A stretch of DNA of 63,987 nt, filler included, from Barthelona sp. PAP020 (taxonomy: Eukaryota), in the NCBI GenBank assembly GCA_040182905.1. It is 34 parts of 34 records of this genome, joined end to end, with 100 filler letters (N's around TTAATTAATTAA, not from the genome) between each part and the next. Parts side by side here need not be neighbours in the genome. Positions count along the whole stretch, not along the records: positions 1 to 1,916 come from JARQWU010000895.1; positions 2,017 to 3,924 come from JARQWU010000896.1; positions 4,025 to 5,924 come from JARQWU010000897.1; positions 6,025 to 7,908 come from JARQWU010000898.1; positions 8,009 to 9,878 come from JARQWU010000899.1; 29 more parts are not named here. The stretch is one strand, 5' to 3'. Shown in pieces: positions 1 through 9,978 of the stretch. Made by a program: the position numbers and the translations under genes. Under the pieces are notes generated by a model that saw nothing but the letters and a program-made list of their open reading frames with translations, was not told the origin of the DNA and did not search any database. Position 1 is the first letter of the stretch; each line of letters begins with the position of its first letter.

Positions 1-19
1 ATTTATAAAACATAAAAAT

Positions 20-655
20 TTACTCTAACAGATGAACTCCATGGAATTTTCTCTTCAATTCAATAATATCTGTCATTTCAATACCTTCATTTGTGATAAT
101 GGCTAATATTATTTTGTTTGATTGCAACTTATGTCTTTGAAGTAATATTTGAAAAGTTTCTATGACACCATTCTTAGCATCATCTTTGGATAAATCATTT
201 GCTTCTGGTAACTCTCTCAAATGTGGTAACCCCATATAATTACCAAAACCTGTGGATATTTTATCTTCTTCAAATGTAGTTCCTTGAGAATCTGAAAAAC
301 CTAAGAAAGGTTTACCATCTCTCTTCATGCCAGCAATAACTAATTCGTTATTTCTTGGTTCCATTTTATTTCTAAAACTAGTCATATATGATCCACACAA
401 AGAATGAATGGCTTTCGCGTCAGACAAAAGAGTGGGATCAAATGAATACTCTTTTCTCATTTCACTATCCAAAATATCTTTAACATTTTGCAAATCAGCA
501 TAACTTCCTGATCCTGTGAGAATACATTTGTCATTCAATTGAAAAAGACGATTGACATCATGATATCGATAAAGACTACCATAAGAAACCAAAGTGTCGG
601 CACCAACAACGACACCGTCCTTAAATTTCAACGCAACAATAGAACTGGTTGCCAT
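20..655 (-). CDS. PSMB4: 20S proteasome subunit beta-7 (PSMB4/Pre4 type)
   Basis: TSSIVALKFKDGVVVGADTLVSYGSLYRY, GSGSYADLQ, RNKMEP, STGFGNYMGLPHLR match the beta-7 subunit. Confidence 0.9.
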   Translation of the reverse strand: MATSSIVALKFKDGVVVGADTLVSYGSLYRYHDVNRLFQLNDKCILTGSGSYADLQNVKDILDSEMRKEYSFDPTLLSDAKAIHSLCGSYMTSFRNKMEPRNNELVIAGMKRDGKPFLGFSDSQGTTFEEDKISTGFGNYMGLPHLRELPEANDLSKDDAKNGVIETFQILLQRHKLQSNKIILAIITNEGIEMTDIIELKRKFHGVHLLE

Positions 656-708
656 TTGAGAAAAAAGATTATTGTAAACCTTGAGATATTAGAAAATTTT
701 TCCTCTCA

Positions 709-1916
709 ATGGAAGGCGATAGAAGTGTTGCAATTATTGACAATGGAACAGGAGTAATTTAATATAATGATTTATTGCACTAATTTGATAGTATATCAAA
801 TGTGGATTTGCAGGAGCTCAATTTCCTCATTCCATTTTTCCAAATGTTGTTGGAAGACCCGTTGTTAGACAAGGAACAGTTTTAGATGGTCATGTTATAC
901 CAGACATAGCGATAGGTGAAGAAACAATACCTATTCGTTCTGCTTTAGAATTAAGACATCCAGTTCAACATGGTTTAGTTACGTATTGGGATGATATGAT
1001 GAAAGTATGGGATTATACTTTCAACAAAGCTTTGGAAGTTGATCCAAGAAAAACTACCGTTTTGTTAACAGAGGCTGCTTTAAATTCGATAACACACCGT
1101 GAAAAGATGATTGAAGCTTTTTTTGAGGAATTTCAGGTCGAAAATTTGAATATTTTTCCTCAAGCTGTCATGACATTGTTTGCTGTTGGTTCAATGACTG
1201 GTGTTGTCTTGGATTCTGGTGATGGTGTTACCCATGTTGTACCTGTTTATGAAGGATTTATCCAAAGACATCAGATAAAAAGGTTGAATTATGCTGGACG
1301 TGATATTACAAATCATTTAAAGGATCTGATGTTTCAAAAGGGTTATCATTTTAACACTTCTAGTGACTTAGCAATTGTTCGAGAATTAAAGGAAAAATAC
1401 TGTTACGTAGCCGCAGATGCTGAGAAAGAAATCCAATTAGATCTTGAAACCACTTGTTTGAACAAAACAATTGAATTGCCTGATGGTAGAAAAATCACCA
1501 TTGGATCTGAACGATTCATGGCTGCAGAGCCTTTGTTCAATCCTGCCCGTTTTGGTCAAGAATATCCTTCAATTACAGAATTATTGTTTAATTCAATTAG
1601 TGGTTGTGATATCAACATTATTCCTCATTTATACAGTAATATACATCTTTCTGGAGGAACCACCTTGTATCCTGGCTTAGCTACGAGATTAGAGGTGGAT
1701 TTGAAACAAATGTATATTGAAAAGGTCAGAAAAGGAAAACCTTTACCCAAAGGATTCAAAATCACGGTTCATGATTCCCCAGAGAGAGCCATATCTGTTT
1801 TTTGTGGTGCTTCTCTTTATGCAGATGTTGCAAAGAATAGTAATACAGCATGGATCAACAGACAAGATTACGAAGAGCAAGGTGCTCACGGTGTTGTTGA
1901 AAGATGTGGGAGGTTT
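709..1916 (+). CDS. ARP2: Actin-related protein 2; exon 1 709-753, intron 754-791, runs to contig end
   Basis: Spliced N-terminus MEGDRSVAIIDNGTG/YIKCGFAGAQFPHSIFPNVVGRP joins the 996 ORF in frame; DSGDGVTH, KEKYCYV, ERFMAAEPLF, LSGGTTLYPGLATRLE are Arp2-like. Confidence 0.88.
754..791 (+). other. 38-nt spliceosomal intron in ARP2
   Basis: GTAATT...CACTAATTTGATAG; removal restores DNGTG-YIKCGFAG. Confidence 0.9.
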
Positions 1917-2016
1917 NNNNNNNNNNNNNNNNNNNNNNNNNNNNNNNNNNNNNNNNNNNNTTAATTAATTAANNNNNNNNNNNNNNNNNNNNNNNNNNNN
2001 NNNNNNNNNNNNNNNN
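1917..2016. other. Artificial contig linker (N44-TTAATTAATTAA-N44); first of ~33 in the window
   Basis: Identical 100-nt spacer with stops in all frames recurs every ~1.8-2.0 kb; contig lengths decrease along the window. Confidence 0.99.
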
Positions 2017-2115
2017 GTTGCAAATTCATTATTCTTTTAATAAAAGATTCATCCACTTGTCGACTGTTATTTTTTTGTCACAACGGTCGTTGGGAAGAAA
2101 AAAAAAAGTTGAAAA
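2017..2115 (+). repeat. 99-bp perfect inverted repeat, left copy (right copy 3826-3924)
   Basis: The first 99 nt of the contig are the exact reverse complement of its last 99 nt. Confidence 0.95.
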
Positions 2116-2512
2116 TTGTTCACAATCTGCATTTTTTATTGAACCGAAATTTTCCGATTCTTCCTTTTTTGTCATGCGGTTTTTTTTCATAATATACCTC
2201 TTCTCCTACTAACCCCTCCAAATTTTTGACCTGTCACATTAAACACAATAAAGTTTGCACAATTAAGAGTAATCATAACTTAACATGGGAACATATGGCT
2301 CTTTTGAGCAGTTAAAGGGGTAAGTTCCCATAAAGTATGAGGCATTGCTCTCCTATAACTCCTACAACAGCATATTAAAGAAAAGGTCTCAAAAAACGAC
2401 CTTCCCTTCAAGAACTTTCAACCCCCTGAAAAGAATAAAGATTATCGTTTGTTATTTATTAATCCCCCAGATCTCCATTCTCTAATTTTGAAAGTTTTGA
2501 AAAAGGTTCGTG
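2098..2512 (+). repeat. Dispersed repeat family A (diverged copy)
   Basis: Shares ordered blocks TTCACAA, CGAAATTT, CCGATTCTTCCTTTTT, CCAAATTTTTGACCT, TTGCACAATTA, GCTCTTTTGAGCA, GGTCTCAAAAAA, GAAAAGAATAAAGATTA, AAAAGGTTCGT with 44890-45283. Confidence 0.85.
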
Positions 2513-2550
2513 CAATAAAAAAAAAAGAACTCTTTACATTATACATAAAA

Positions 2551-3777
2551 TTAGTCAGACAATTCAAGGTCTTCATCAAACAATGCCATTTCTTCCTGAA
2601 GTCTTATCCATTCTTTTTCTTCTTCCAACTTTTCTTCCATTGTTAACTTTGAAGGAAGAATTGGATCTTCTGTACCCAAAACATTCTTACCTTCCAACAA
2701 CACTGGCACTTGAGAAACAGTAAAAGGTTCTCCAATTTTAACTGACTTCTCAAAGCTGCTCACAATATTATTTTGCATTTTTTTCCTTTGTAGCTTTCTC
2801 TTCCTCATCAAAGTCTCTTTTCTATCTGCTGAATCTTGTTCCAGTTGCTTTTTAACCCGCAAATCATACTCTTTACCTTTATCACTGAATCTTTTTTGAA
2901 TTTTATCATAATTTGGAAGGGTCTGGTCGGTTTCATTCTTCAAATCACCAAATGCTTTATTGAAATCTGGTCCACCACGCAAAGGATTGTTATTGACTTT
3001 AGGTTTAGAATTGACGTTATTCTTAGGGACTATATATGAATCTTGCATTGAAAAAACAGGCTTTATTGTGTCTTTTTTCGCATTTTTATATGTTTTTGAA
3101 TGTTTTGGTGAGGGTAAGTGTTGAGTCAAATTTAAATTACGATTTTCATGTGTCCCACTGGGTTTATAAACAAAATTTTCATTTGGAAGTTCATCATCAT
3201 CATCTTCTTCTTCTACAAAAATTGTTTTGCACACTTTGAATCTTCTTTGTCTTTCACGTATGGGTTTTGCATCACTATTAGCCAATTTTGCATGCATACG
3301 TTTGTGTACTTCATCGTAATCCAGTTTCTTTGAAGCTAACAGGTCTTTTGCAGTTGTTTCATTTAAAATATCGTCTGCAACTTTTTTAGAAGAATAATGA
3401 AGCTTTAAATCCTTTCTTTTGACATGTTTTCCATTGGTAGTATACGAAACAGCTCCAGAGGAAACACTATCATCCATTTTAAGGGAAATAGATGGAATTT
3501 TAACCTCATTTAGGTTTGACATATCAATCATATTGGGGGAATCCGAAGAGCTGAGTGAAAATTTTCGAGATAAAAAAGGAGCCATTCCGGATATGTTAGA
3601 TAACCTGCTGTTAACAACAACACGGTCTATAGAACTTCCAGTTCTTGAGATAGTTCGAAGATGTGACTTTCTGGCATTGATAATTTCAGGGTCAAAAATT
3701 TCATTTAAAGTATCATCAACAAACATTTCTTCCGGGGAAATTATTGAATCGTCAAACATTGATACATCTGTTGCCAT
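2551..3777 (-). CDS. Hypothetical protein, 408 aa, low-complexity/charged
   Basis: Long ATG-initiated ORF; no family recognised. Confidence 0.7.
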   Translation of the reverse strand: MATDVSMFDDSIISPEEMFVDDTLNEIFDPEIINARKSHLRTISRTGSSIDRVVVNSRLSNISGMAPFLSRKFSLSSSDSPNMIDMSNLNEVKIPSISLKMDDSVSSGAVSYTTNGKHVKRKDLKLHYSSKKVADDILNETTAKDLLASKKLDYDEVHKRMHAKLANSDAKPIRERQRRFKVCKTIFVEEEDDDDELPNENFVYKPSGTHENRNLNLTQHLPSPKHSKTYKNAKKDTIKPVFSMQDSYIVPKNNVNSKPKVNNNPLRGGPDFNKAFGDLKNETDQTLPNYDKIQKRFSDKGKEYDLRVKKQLEQDSADRKETLMRKRKLQRKKMQNNIVSSFEKSVKIGEPFTVSQVPVLLEGKNVLGTEDPILPSKLTMEEKLEEEKEWIRLQEEMALFDEDLELSD

Positions 3778-4089
3778 TATTTGTTTTGCTTGTGTTTGAT
3801 TGAAGTAAATTAAAATTTGAAGTATTTTTCAACTTTTTTTTTTCTTCCCAACGACCGTTGTGACAAAAAAATAACAGTCGACAAGTGGATGAATCTTTTA
3901 TTAAAAGAATAATGAATTTGCAACNNNNNNNNNNNNNNNNNNNNNNNNNNNNNNNNNNNNNNNNNNNNTTAATTAATTAANNNNNNNNNNNNNNNNNNNN
4001 NNNNNNNNNNNNNNNNNNNNNNNNACAACTGATTATTCCAGAAAAATAATACAAATGTTTTATAAGATCAAATTCTATTTTATCTAAAG

Positions 4090-5526
4090 ATGCTTGTCGA
4101 TACTGTGATTGAAAAGACAACTATTGAAGAGGAAGCTGTAGTTGAAGATGAAGATTCAGTTGAGGAAACTGACCCATATGTGAAGTATAACATGAACCAA
4201 GTTGTTGTTCCAGATGGGTTCGATGTGGATGGATTTGAAGATAATGGTCGGCCAAAGAAGATCTATTTTGCAGCAGGTGATGGTAACCTTGAGATTGTCA
4301 AGCAGTGTATCAAAGCTGGCGTTGATGTGAACAAACAGGGCAAGGAAGGAAGGACAACGCTTTGGGGAGCTGCTTTTAATGGGCAAATTGAAGTTGTTGA
4401 ATTTTTGTTGGATTTTGGCGCTGATGTTCATTTGAGTATGAATGATGGGTCTTCTCCATTGTACATCAGTTGTGAATTTGGTCATCTTGATGTTGCCAAA
4501 ATGCTCTTGGATCATGGAGCTGATGTTAGTTTGTGTATGAATGATGGTGCTTCTCCATTGTACATCAGTTGTCAAAAAGGCCATCTTGATGTCGCCAAAA
4601 TGCTTTTGGATTGTGGAGTTGATGTTAATTTGTGTAATAAGAATGGTACTTCCCCATTGTACATCAGTTCTCAAAATGGTCATCTTAATGTTACTAAAAT
4701 GCTCTTGGATCATGGAGCAGATGTTAATTTGTGCAAGAATAATGGTGTTTCTCCATTGTTCATCAGTTGCCAAAAAGGTCATCTTGATGTTGCCAGAATG
4801 CTTTTGAATCATGAAGCTGATGTTAATTTGTGTAGGAACGGTGGATATTCTCCATTGTACATCAGTTGTCAAAAAGGCCATCTTGATGTTGCCAAAATAC
4901 TTTTGGATCATGGAGCTGATGTTAATTTGTGTAATAATAATGGTGCTTCTCCATTGTACATCAGTTGTGAACTTGGTCATCTTGATGTAGCTAAAATGCT
5001 CTTGGATTGTGGGGCTGATGTTAATTTGTGTAAGGACGGTGGATATTCTCCATTGTATGTCAGTTGTTATTATGGTCATCTTAATGTTGCCAAGATGCTT
5101 CTAGATTGTCCCGAAATGAACTTATATGGTGAAGATATGCTGTTATTTTTCAACAGATTGTATACAAGTGATGAACAATGGGAAAAAAACCAATACAGCA
5201 TTTTGAGCTGTCCCAATTTAAAACAACAATTGGAGAGTGGCGAGCCTGTTGATTTGAAATTTGAGCAATTTTCCAAATCTGAGTTGATTGAACTGGTAAA
5301 GGATAAGGGCTATCTTCTATTAACCCTTGTTGCGATGAAGGTAAACGGTGGCATCATTCGAGAATTTGTCAGTGCTGGAGTTTACATGAATCAAAGAGAT
5401 TTTGACATGTCAATCAACTTATGTTGGGATTTGGTCGACATTAATGAAAGGAATGGTGGTAATATGCGTCAGTATATTGATAAAGAGATGGAAGATGACA
5501 GTGATGAGAGTGATGATGATGATTAG
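4090..5526 (+). CDS. Ankyrin-repeat protein (2 cap-like + 7 near-identical repeats + family-specific C-terminal domain)
   Basis: 33-aa GxSPLYISCxxGHLDVAKMLLDHGADVNLC repeats (99-bp DNA repeats ~4447-5110); paralogs at 9979 and 61114. Confidence 0.95.
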   Translation: MLVDTVIEKTTIEEEAVVEDEDSVEETDPYVKYNMNQVVVPDGFDVDGFEDNGRPKKIYFAAGDGNLEIVKQCIKAGVDVNKQGKEGRTTLWGAAFNGQIEVVEFLLDFGADVHLSMNDGSSPLYISCEFGHLDVAKMLLDHGADVSLCMNDGASPLYISCQKGHLDVAKMLLDCGVDVNLCNKNGTSPLYISSQNGHLNVTKMLLDHGADVNLCKNNGVSPLFISCQKGHLDVARMLLNHEADVNLCRNGGYSPLYISCQKGHLDVAKILLDHGADVNLCNNNGASPLYISCELGHLDVAKMLLDCGADVNLCKDGGYSPLYVSCYYGHLNVAKMLLDCPEMNLYGEDMLLFFNRLYTSDEQWEKNQYSILSCPNLKQQLESGEPVDLKFEQFSKSELIELVKDKGYLLLTLVAMKVNGGIIREFVSAGVYMNQRDFDMSINLCWDLVDINERNGGNMRQYIDKEMEDDSDESDDDD

Positions 5527-5727
5527 TAAGTGGGTTTGTGTTGTTACATGTTTATTCCATTCATGTTTTATGGACATTTTTCTTTGCATATAAATCATAG
5601 TTTACTTGTTTTTTGATACGGAAAAGGTTATTTATCTAATGTGTGATTCAATGAAGGTTTGCAATGGTTCATTTTGGGATTATCAACCTCACTTTAAACT
5701 TCCTCTTTCATTTAACACAAAGCTCTC

Positions 5728-5924
5728 ATCGTTCAAATTACACTACAGTTCCTTAATTCCTCCACCCCTGGGGTTTTGACTGAAATTTGCCTGGAGGAGT
5801 CTTCTGAGTTTACTTTCTCTGTGAGTTATTTCCAAGCCAAGAAGCACTGTGTATGAGTGAATAAAAAAGAATAGTGTTTATTTGGTTAAAGGCTTTCGAG
5901 GCCCGATTGATCTGTTGAAAAACT
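5728..5924 (+). repeat. Dispersed repeat family B (distal part 5728-5819, then proximal part 5829-5924)
   Basis: TTCCAAGCCAAGAAGCACTGTG...TTTATTTGGTTAAAGGCTTTCGAGGCCCGATTGATCTGTTGAAAAACT and TTTTGACTGAAATTTG...CTGAGTTTACTTTCT are shared with 61998-62285. Confidence 0.9.
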
Positions 5925-6305
5925 NNNNNNNNNNNNNNNNNNNNNNNNNNNNNNNNNNNNNNNNNNNNTTAATTAATTAANNNNNNNNNNNNNNNNNNNN
6001 NNNNNNNNNNNNNNNNNNNNNNNNACTTATGGAGCCGCTAAATCAGTCGCTTTGGAAAGAGATATTCTTCTTGACATCCACAAACAAAATAACATAAAAA
6101 CAAGAACCATTTATGAAAAGTAGGGGCAATTCAATTTCGCAAAATAAATATTTATTCTGAAAATTTATTCTTTAATGTCATAATTAATTACCATATGTAA
6201 AAGAACAAACTAAAAAATAACACAAAAATATTTATTTTGTTGAAAAACACAAACAGTAATCAAAATCAATTTCATTTCTTCTTTATACTGTGGTTGAAAA
6301 AGCCT

Positions 6306-7499
6306 TTATTGCAAAATGAAATTATCAAGATTTACCACAAACTCTTTCAACTCTTTTGGGGATAAGTCAATGAATTTGGATAATGTGGTATCAATACTCT
6401 CTTGCAAAGTACCACAACTATCAGCAGTGGTTTCGTACAATCTCAACAAATATTGTTGAGCACCAACAAAATTTATAACTTTTGCGCCATCATAACCCCA
6501 TTGGTTCAATAAAGCAACAAAATACACACCAATAATATCAAGCCATTCTTCATAAGTTACTTCACTGTCTATTTCACTCTCAATATCTTTTGCTGTGTCT
6601 ACTGTTTTCATATTGTTTTCATCAGATTCAAATTCAGATTCAGATTCCTTCTCTTCAATTTCAGTTGATGTCAATCTGTCTTTTTTGCCGAACCCAATTG
6701 ATGATACTTTATTTTTTAGTTCTTTTGCCTTTTCAGTGTTCTTTTTCGTATTTTTCAATTTTTTTCCCGTTTCAATTGATTTTTCAGTTTCATTTGTTTT
6801 TTTGCTGTCATCTACATTTTTTGTTCTAATATCTTTAATATACTTAGCTGGTGGAATAGAATTGTTTGGGCCAACAGTAGTGAAAGAAGCTGCTGTAATA
6901 GAACCAAATTGATAAAATGGTCCATGAATATTCATCATGCCAGATGAACTGACATTTAAAACTGGTTGTGATCGATCAGATGGTAAAGAACCTTTTCTTT
7001 CTTTCTTTAAACTATTTAACATCTCTGTCAACAAAAATAATTTGTGTTCTAATTTTTCGACTTCCTTCATGTCACTCTCAGTTGACAAAGGAGCCTTTTT
7101 TTTTCCATCAGAATTGGGATTTTGGTAACTTCTAACTTTTGGATGAACTACTTCTTCGTCTTCACTTGAATATTCTTCTTGTTCCCGAACTTCATCATGC
7201 ACTCTAGCTCGAAGGTTTCCTTTATCAGAAAAATAAAAATGAACACCATCATCTTTTGGGTCACGGTAAGCTTTTAATGAGCCAAAAGTTTGAGCTTTTT
7301 TTACAAATGCATTATATTTTTTATTTTCTTTTATATTAATAACTTGAACATTGAAACAATCATCTTTTAAATTCAACTTTTGTGCCAACGTTCTATAAAC
7401 TGTACTAACTCGTGATCCAACTGTAAACCATTCTTCAATTTCGTCATTTTCATAATTACCATAAGCTTTTGCTTTTGCAGTCATCTTAAAAATTACCAA
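6306..7499 (-). CDS. Hypothetical protein, ~390 aa (likely ATG at 7484)
   Basis: Long ORF with Lys/Glu-rich segments; no family recognised. Confidence 0.7.
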   Translation of the reverse strand: MVIFKMTAKAKAYGNYENDEIEEWFTVGSRVSTVYRTLAQKLNLKDDCFNVQVINIKENKKYNAFVKKAQTFGSLKAYRDPKDDGVHFYFSDKGNLRARVHDEVREQEEYSSEDEEVVHPKVRSYQNPNSDGKKKAPLSTESDMKEVEKLEHKLFLLTEMLNSLKKERKGSLPSDRSQPVLNVSSSGMMNIHGPFYQFGSITAASFTTVGPNNSIPPAKYIKDIRTKNVDDSKKTNETEKSIETGKKLKNTKKNTEKAKELKNKVSSIGFGKKDRLTSTEIEEKESESEFESDENNMKTVDTAKDIESEIDSEVTYEEWLDIIGVYFVALLNQWGYDGAKVINFVGAQQYLLRLYETTADSCGTLQESIDTTLSKFIDLSPKELKEFVVNLDNFILQ

Positions 7500-8525
7500 A
7501 ATAAAAAAAAATAAAGAAAACGGCTTATTTTGAAAAATATTGGTGAAATATCACAATGACAATAAATAATTTGCATTTATAAAATTGTTTAAAGGATCAA
7601 ACAAAAAAAAAGAGAAAATTGAGTTGCTTTGGTTTAACTTGCAGATATTCTTTGAATAATTATGTATTGTAATTTATTTGATCATTGCAAAGCACCAACG
7701 TTTTTTTATGAGAAAGGTCCAATTTTTGTAAAAGAGAAAGTTAGTTTTATCATTAAAAGACAAACATTTTTCCAATAAAAAAGGTAACTCAACGACTAAT
7801 CTCAATATGTGTGCGTTTGCGGGAAAATTGGAAAAAATATTTTCCTGGTCAGGAAAATTTTTCCTGCCAAGTTTTTGCAAGTATGAAATTTTTTTTCGAT
7901 GAAAAACANNNNNNNNNNNNNNNNNNNNNNNNNNNNNNNNNNNNNNNNNNNNTTAATTAATTAANNNNNNNNNNNNNNNNNNNNNNNNNNNNNNNNNNNN
8001 NNNNNNNNAGGTCGCATTCTTTTTTTTTAGGCGTCGAACATCCCAAAATCTTCGTCATCGAAAACTTCTAACTATACCAAACCCCAACGTGATGGGTTAA
8101 CATAAAAAATAAAAGTCTTTTAAATTTATGAAAAAGAAATAATCAGAGTCAACAAACCTGGTAGTGCTATTATTTTGATATTCAAAAGATGTTTTCATGT
8201 GATAAACTATTGTGCCTTCAAAATATTCTTCCTGATTCCATCTTCTTTGCTAAGAGACAGATTATGCTCCATAATGAATCTAAATGGCAAACAAAATTAA
8301 ATTTATTCAAAAACGACCCCATAATAATTTGTTGAAAATCTACAATAATCTTACGGTTTAATAACAAGATAATCAATGGAAAAGTTTGCTAATTCTCTCC
8401 CATCAGGGAAAAATCCACCTAGACCAAACTTGGAAAGTGTTGGAAAAAGTTTTGAGCAAAGAAAAAACAAAAAACATCAAACAGCCATATTATTTATCAG
8501 TGAAAAGACACAATTTTTATTAATT

Positions 8526-9063
8526 TTATGTACAAGCACGTTCACCAGTCTTGAATAAAAGTAAAACAGAGGTAATAAAACCAAATAAACCAACAGCTTC
8601 GGCAAAAATTAAACTGAGCATCATAGAAAAGAACATTTTTTCTTGTTGAGCCATAGCACAAACACCAGCATTACCAGCAATACCAATACACATACCAGTG
8701 GCTAAAGAAACTAAACCTTCAGTTAAACCAGCACTCAAATGAGCAAAACCATTAAATAAGGGATAATTATCGTATGTAACTTTCGATTGCATGATTAAAC
8801 CTGTGACTAAACCATAAATACTAAAAATTAGAAAGAATTAATTGTTTCACATACCCAACAATACCAGCCATAATAACAGGGAAAAGCAACTTGACTTGAG
8901 AACCACTATGATCAGTTACACCAGCAGTAGAAGCACCAACAGAAGCCTTGGCAGTACCATAAGCACAACCAACACAAGCTAATACAACGGCACAGGCTAA
9001 ACCCATAAATCCACAAAAATGTCCCAAAGGAGGACAGGTGGAAGCAATTAAAGTTGTTAACAT
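8526..9063 (-). CDS. ATP6V0C: V-ATPase V0 16-kDa proteolipid subunit c; intron 8821-8854
   Basis: AYGTAKASVG, PVIMAGIVG/IYGLV after splicing a 34-nt GTATGT...TTCTAATTTTTAG intron, NGFAHLSAGL, LIFAEAVGLFG. Confidence 0.93.
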
Positions 9064-9131
9064 GCAAAAAAAAAAGTGTAAAAATGATGAATGATTTCTT
9101 CACATTTGTTTTCATTAATCTTGTTAATACA

Positions 9132-9512
9132 ATGTCTAATAATCTTGAAAAATCATTCCCAAAGGCAGCAATTAAAAGAATTATTAAGAGAAATCCTGAA
9201 ATCTCAATCGTTTCAAACTCATCTGTTGTTTTGATTGAAAAAGCAACGCGTATGTTTATTGAACATTTAGCTAAGGAATCTTTTGATGAATGTTCCAAAT
9301 CAAAAAGAAAAACTTTGGATTACAATCATTTGTCTAAGGTTGTTCATTCAAAGGAAGTCTTTGATTTTTTGAAGATCGTCATTCCAGAAAGAGAAAGAAC
9401 ATCTTCCAAAACCCCTGCTTCAAAGAAGAAAACTGTAACTAAAAAATCCCAGCCTGTCATTGAAAAAGAACCTGAATTGGATGAAGAATCTGAGGAAGAA
9501 TCTGATGAATAA
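9132..9512 (+). CDS. Histone-fold protein of NF-YC/Dpb3/CHRAC15 type
   Basis: FPKAAIKRIIKRNPEI...KATRMFIEHLAKES...KRKTLDYNHL...FDFLKIVIP. Confidence 0.85.
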   Translation: MSNNLEKSFPKAAIKRIIKRNPEISIVSNSSVVLIEKATRMFIEHLAKESFDECSKSKRKTLDYNHLSKVVHSKEVFDFLKIVIPERERTSSKTPASKKKTVTKKSQPVIEKEPELDEESEEESDE

Positions 9513-9575
9513 AAAAAATCAAACAGATCAAATACATTTATAAACAAACCAAATTTAGTATTTTTTTTTTTGTGA

Positions 9576-9878
9576 TCAAGCCATATTGTCTTTTAAAAAT
9601 CCGATAAAAGGTTCATAATTGCCTTCCACTTCTTCTTTAAGCTCATTATTTGCCTTTTCTAATTTAATAATACCTTTATCAATGATACTTTTTTTAGTCA
9701 AAATATATTTGCCAATAATACCAATCAAGTCTTCAGAAACATCTTGATTTTCACAGAAATTATAAATAGTGACTAATATTACTCCCAGTTGTTCACAATC
9801 AATGTCGATAACAATAAGTTTCAGCATTTTTTCAAAAATGGCCAACAAAACTTCTTCTTTCTCACTAAATTCAAGAAT
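9576..9878 (-). CDS. 3' fragment of a helical-repeat-like hypothetical protein
   Basis: ORF running from near the contig edge to a stop at 9576. Confidence 0.5.
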   Translation of the reverse strand: MLEFSEKEEVLLAIFEKMLKLIVIDIDCEQLGVILVTIYNFCENQDVSEDLIGIIGKYILTKKSIIDKGIIKLEKANNELKEEVEGNYEPFIGFLKDNMA

Positions 9879-9978
9879 NNNNNNNNNNNNNNNNNNNNNN
9901 NNNNNNNNNNNNNNNNNNNNNNTTAATTAATTAANNNNNNNNNNNNNNNNNNNNNNNNNNNNNNNNNNNNNNNNNNNN

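Noticed and set aside
1961..1972. Regularly spaced TTAATTAATTAA palindrome
   Set aside because: Artificial linker inside N runs. ORFs ending in X...LIN are artefacts of it.
4156..5079. Long antisense ORFs over the ankyrin genes (also 10006-10827, 61066-61500) and over 60325-60862
   Set aside because: Shadow frames of repetitive coding sequence.
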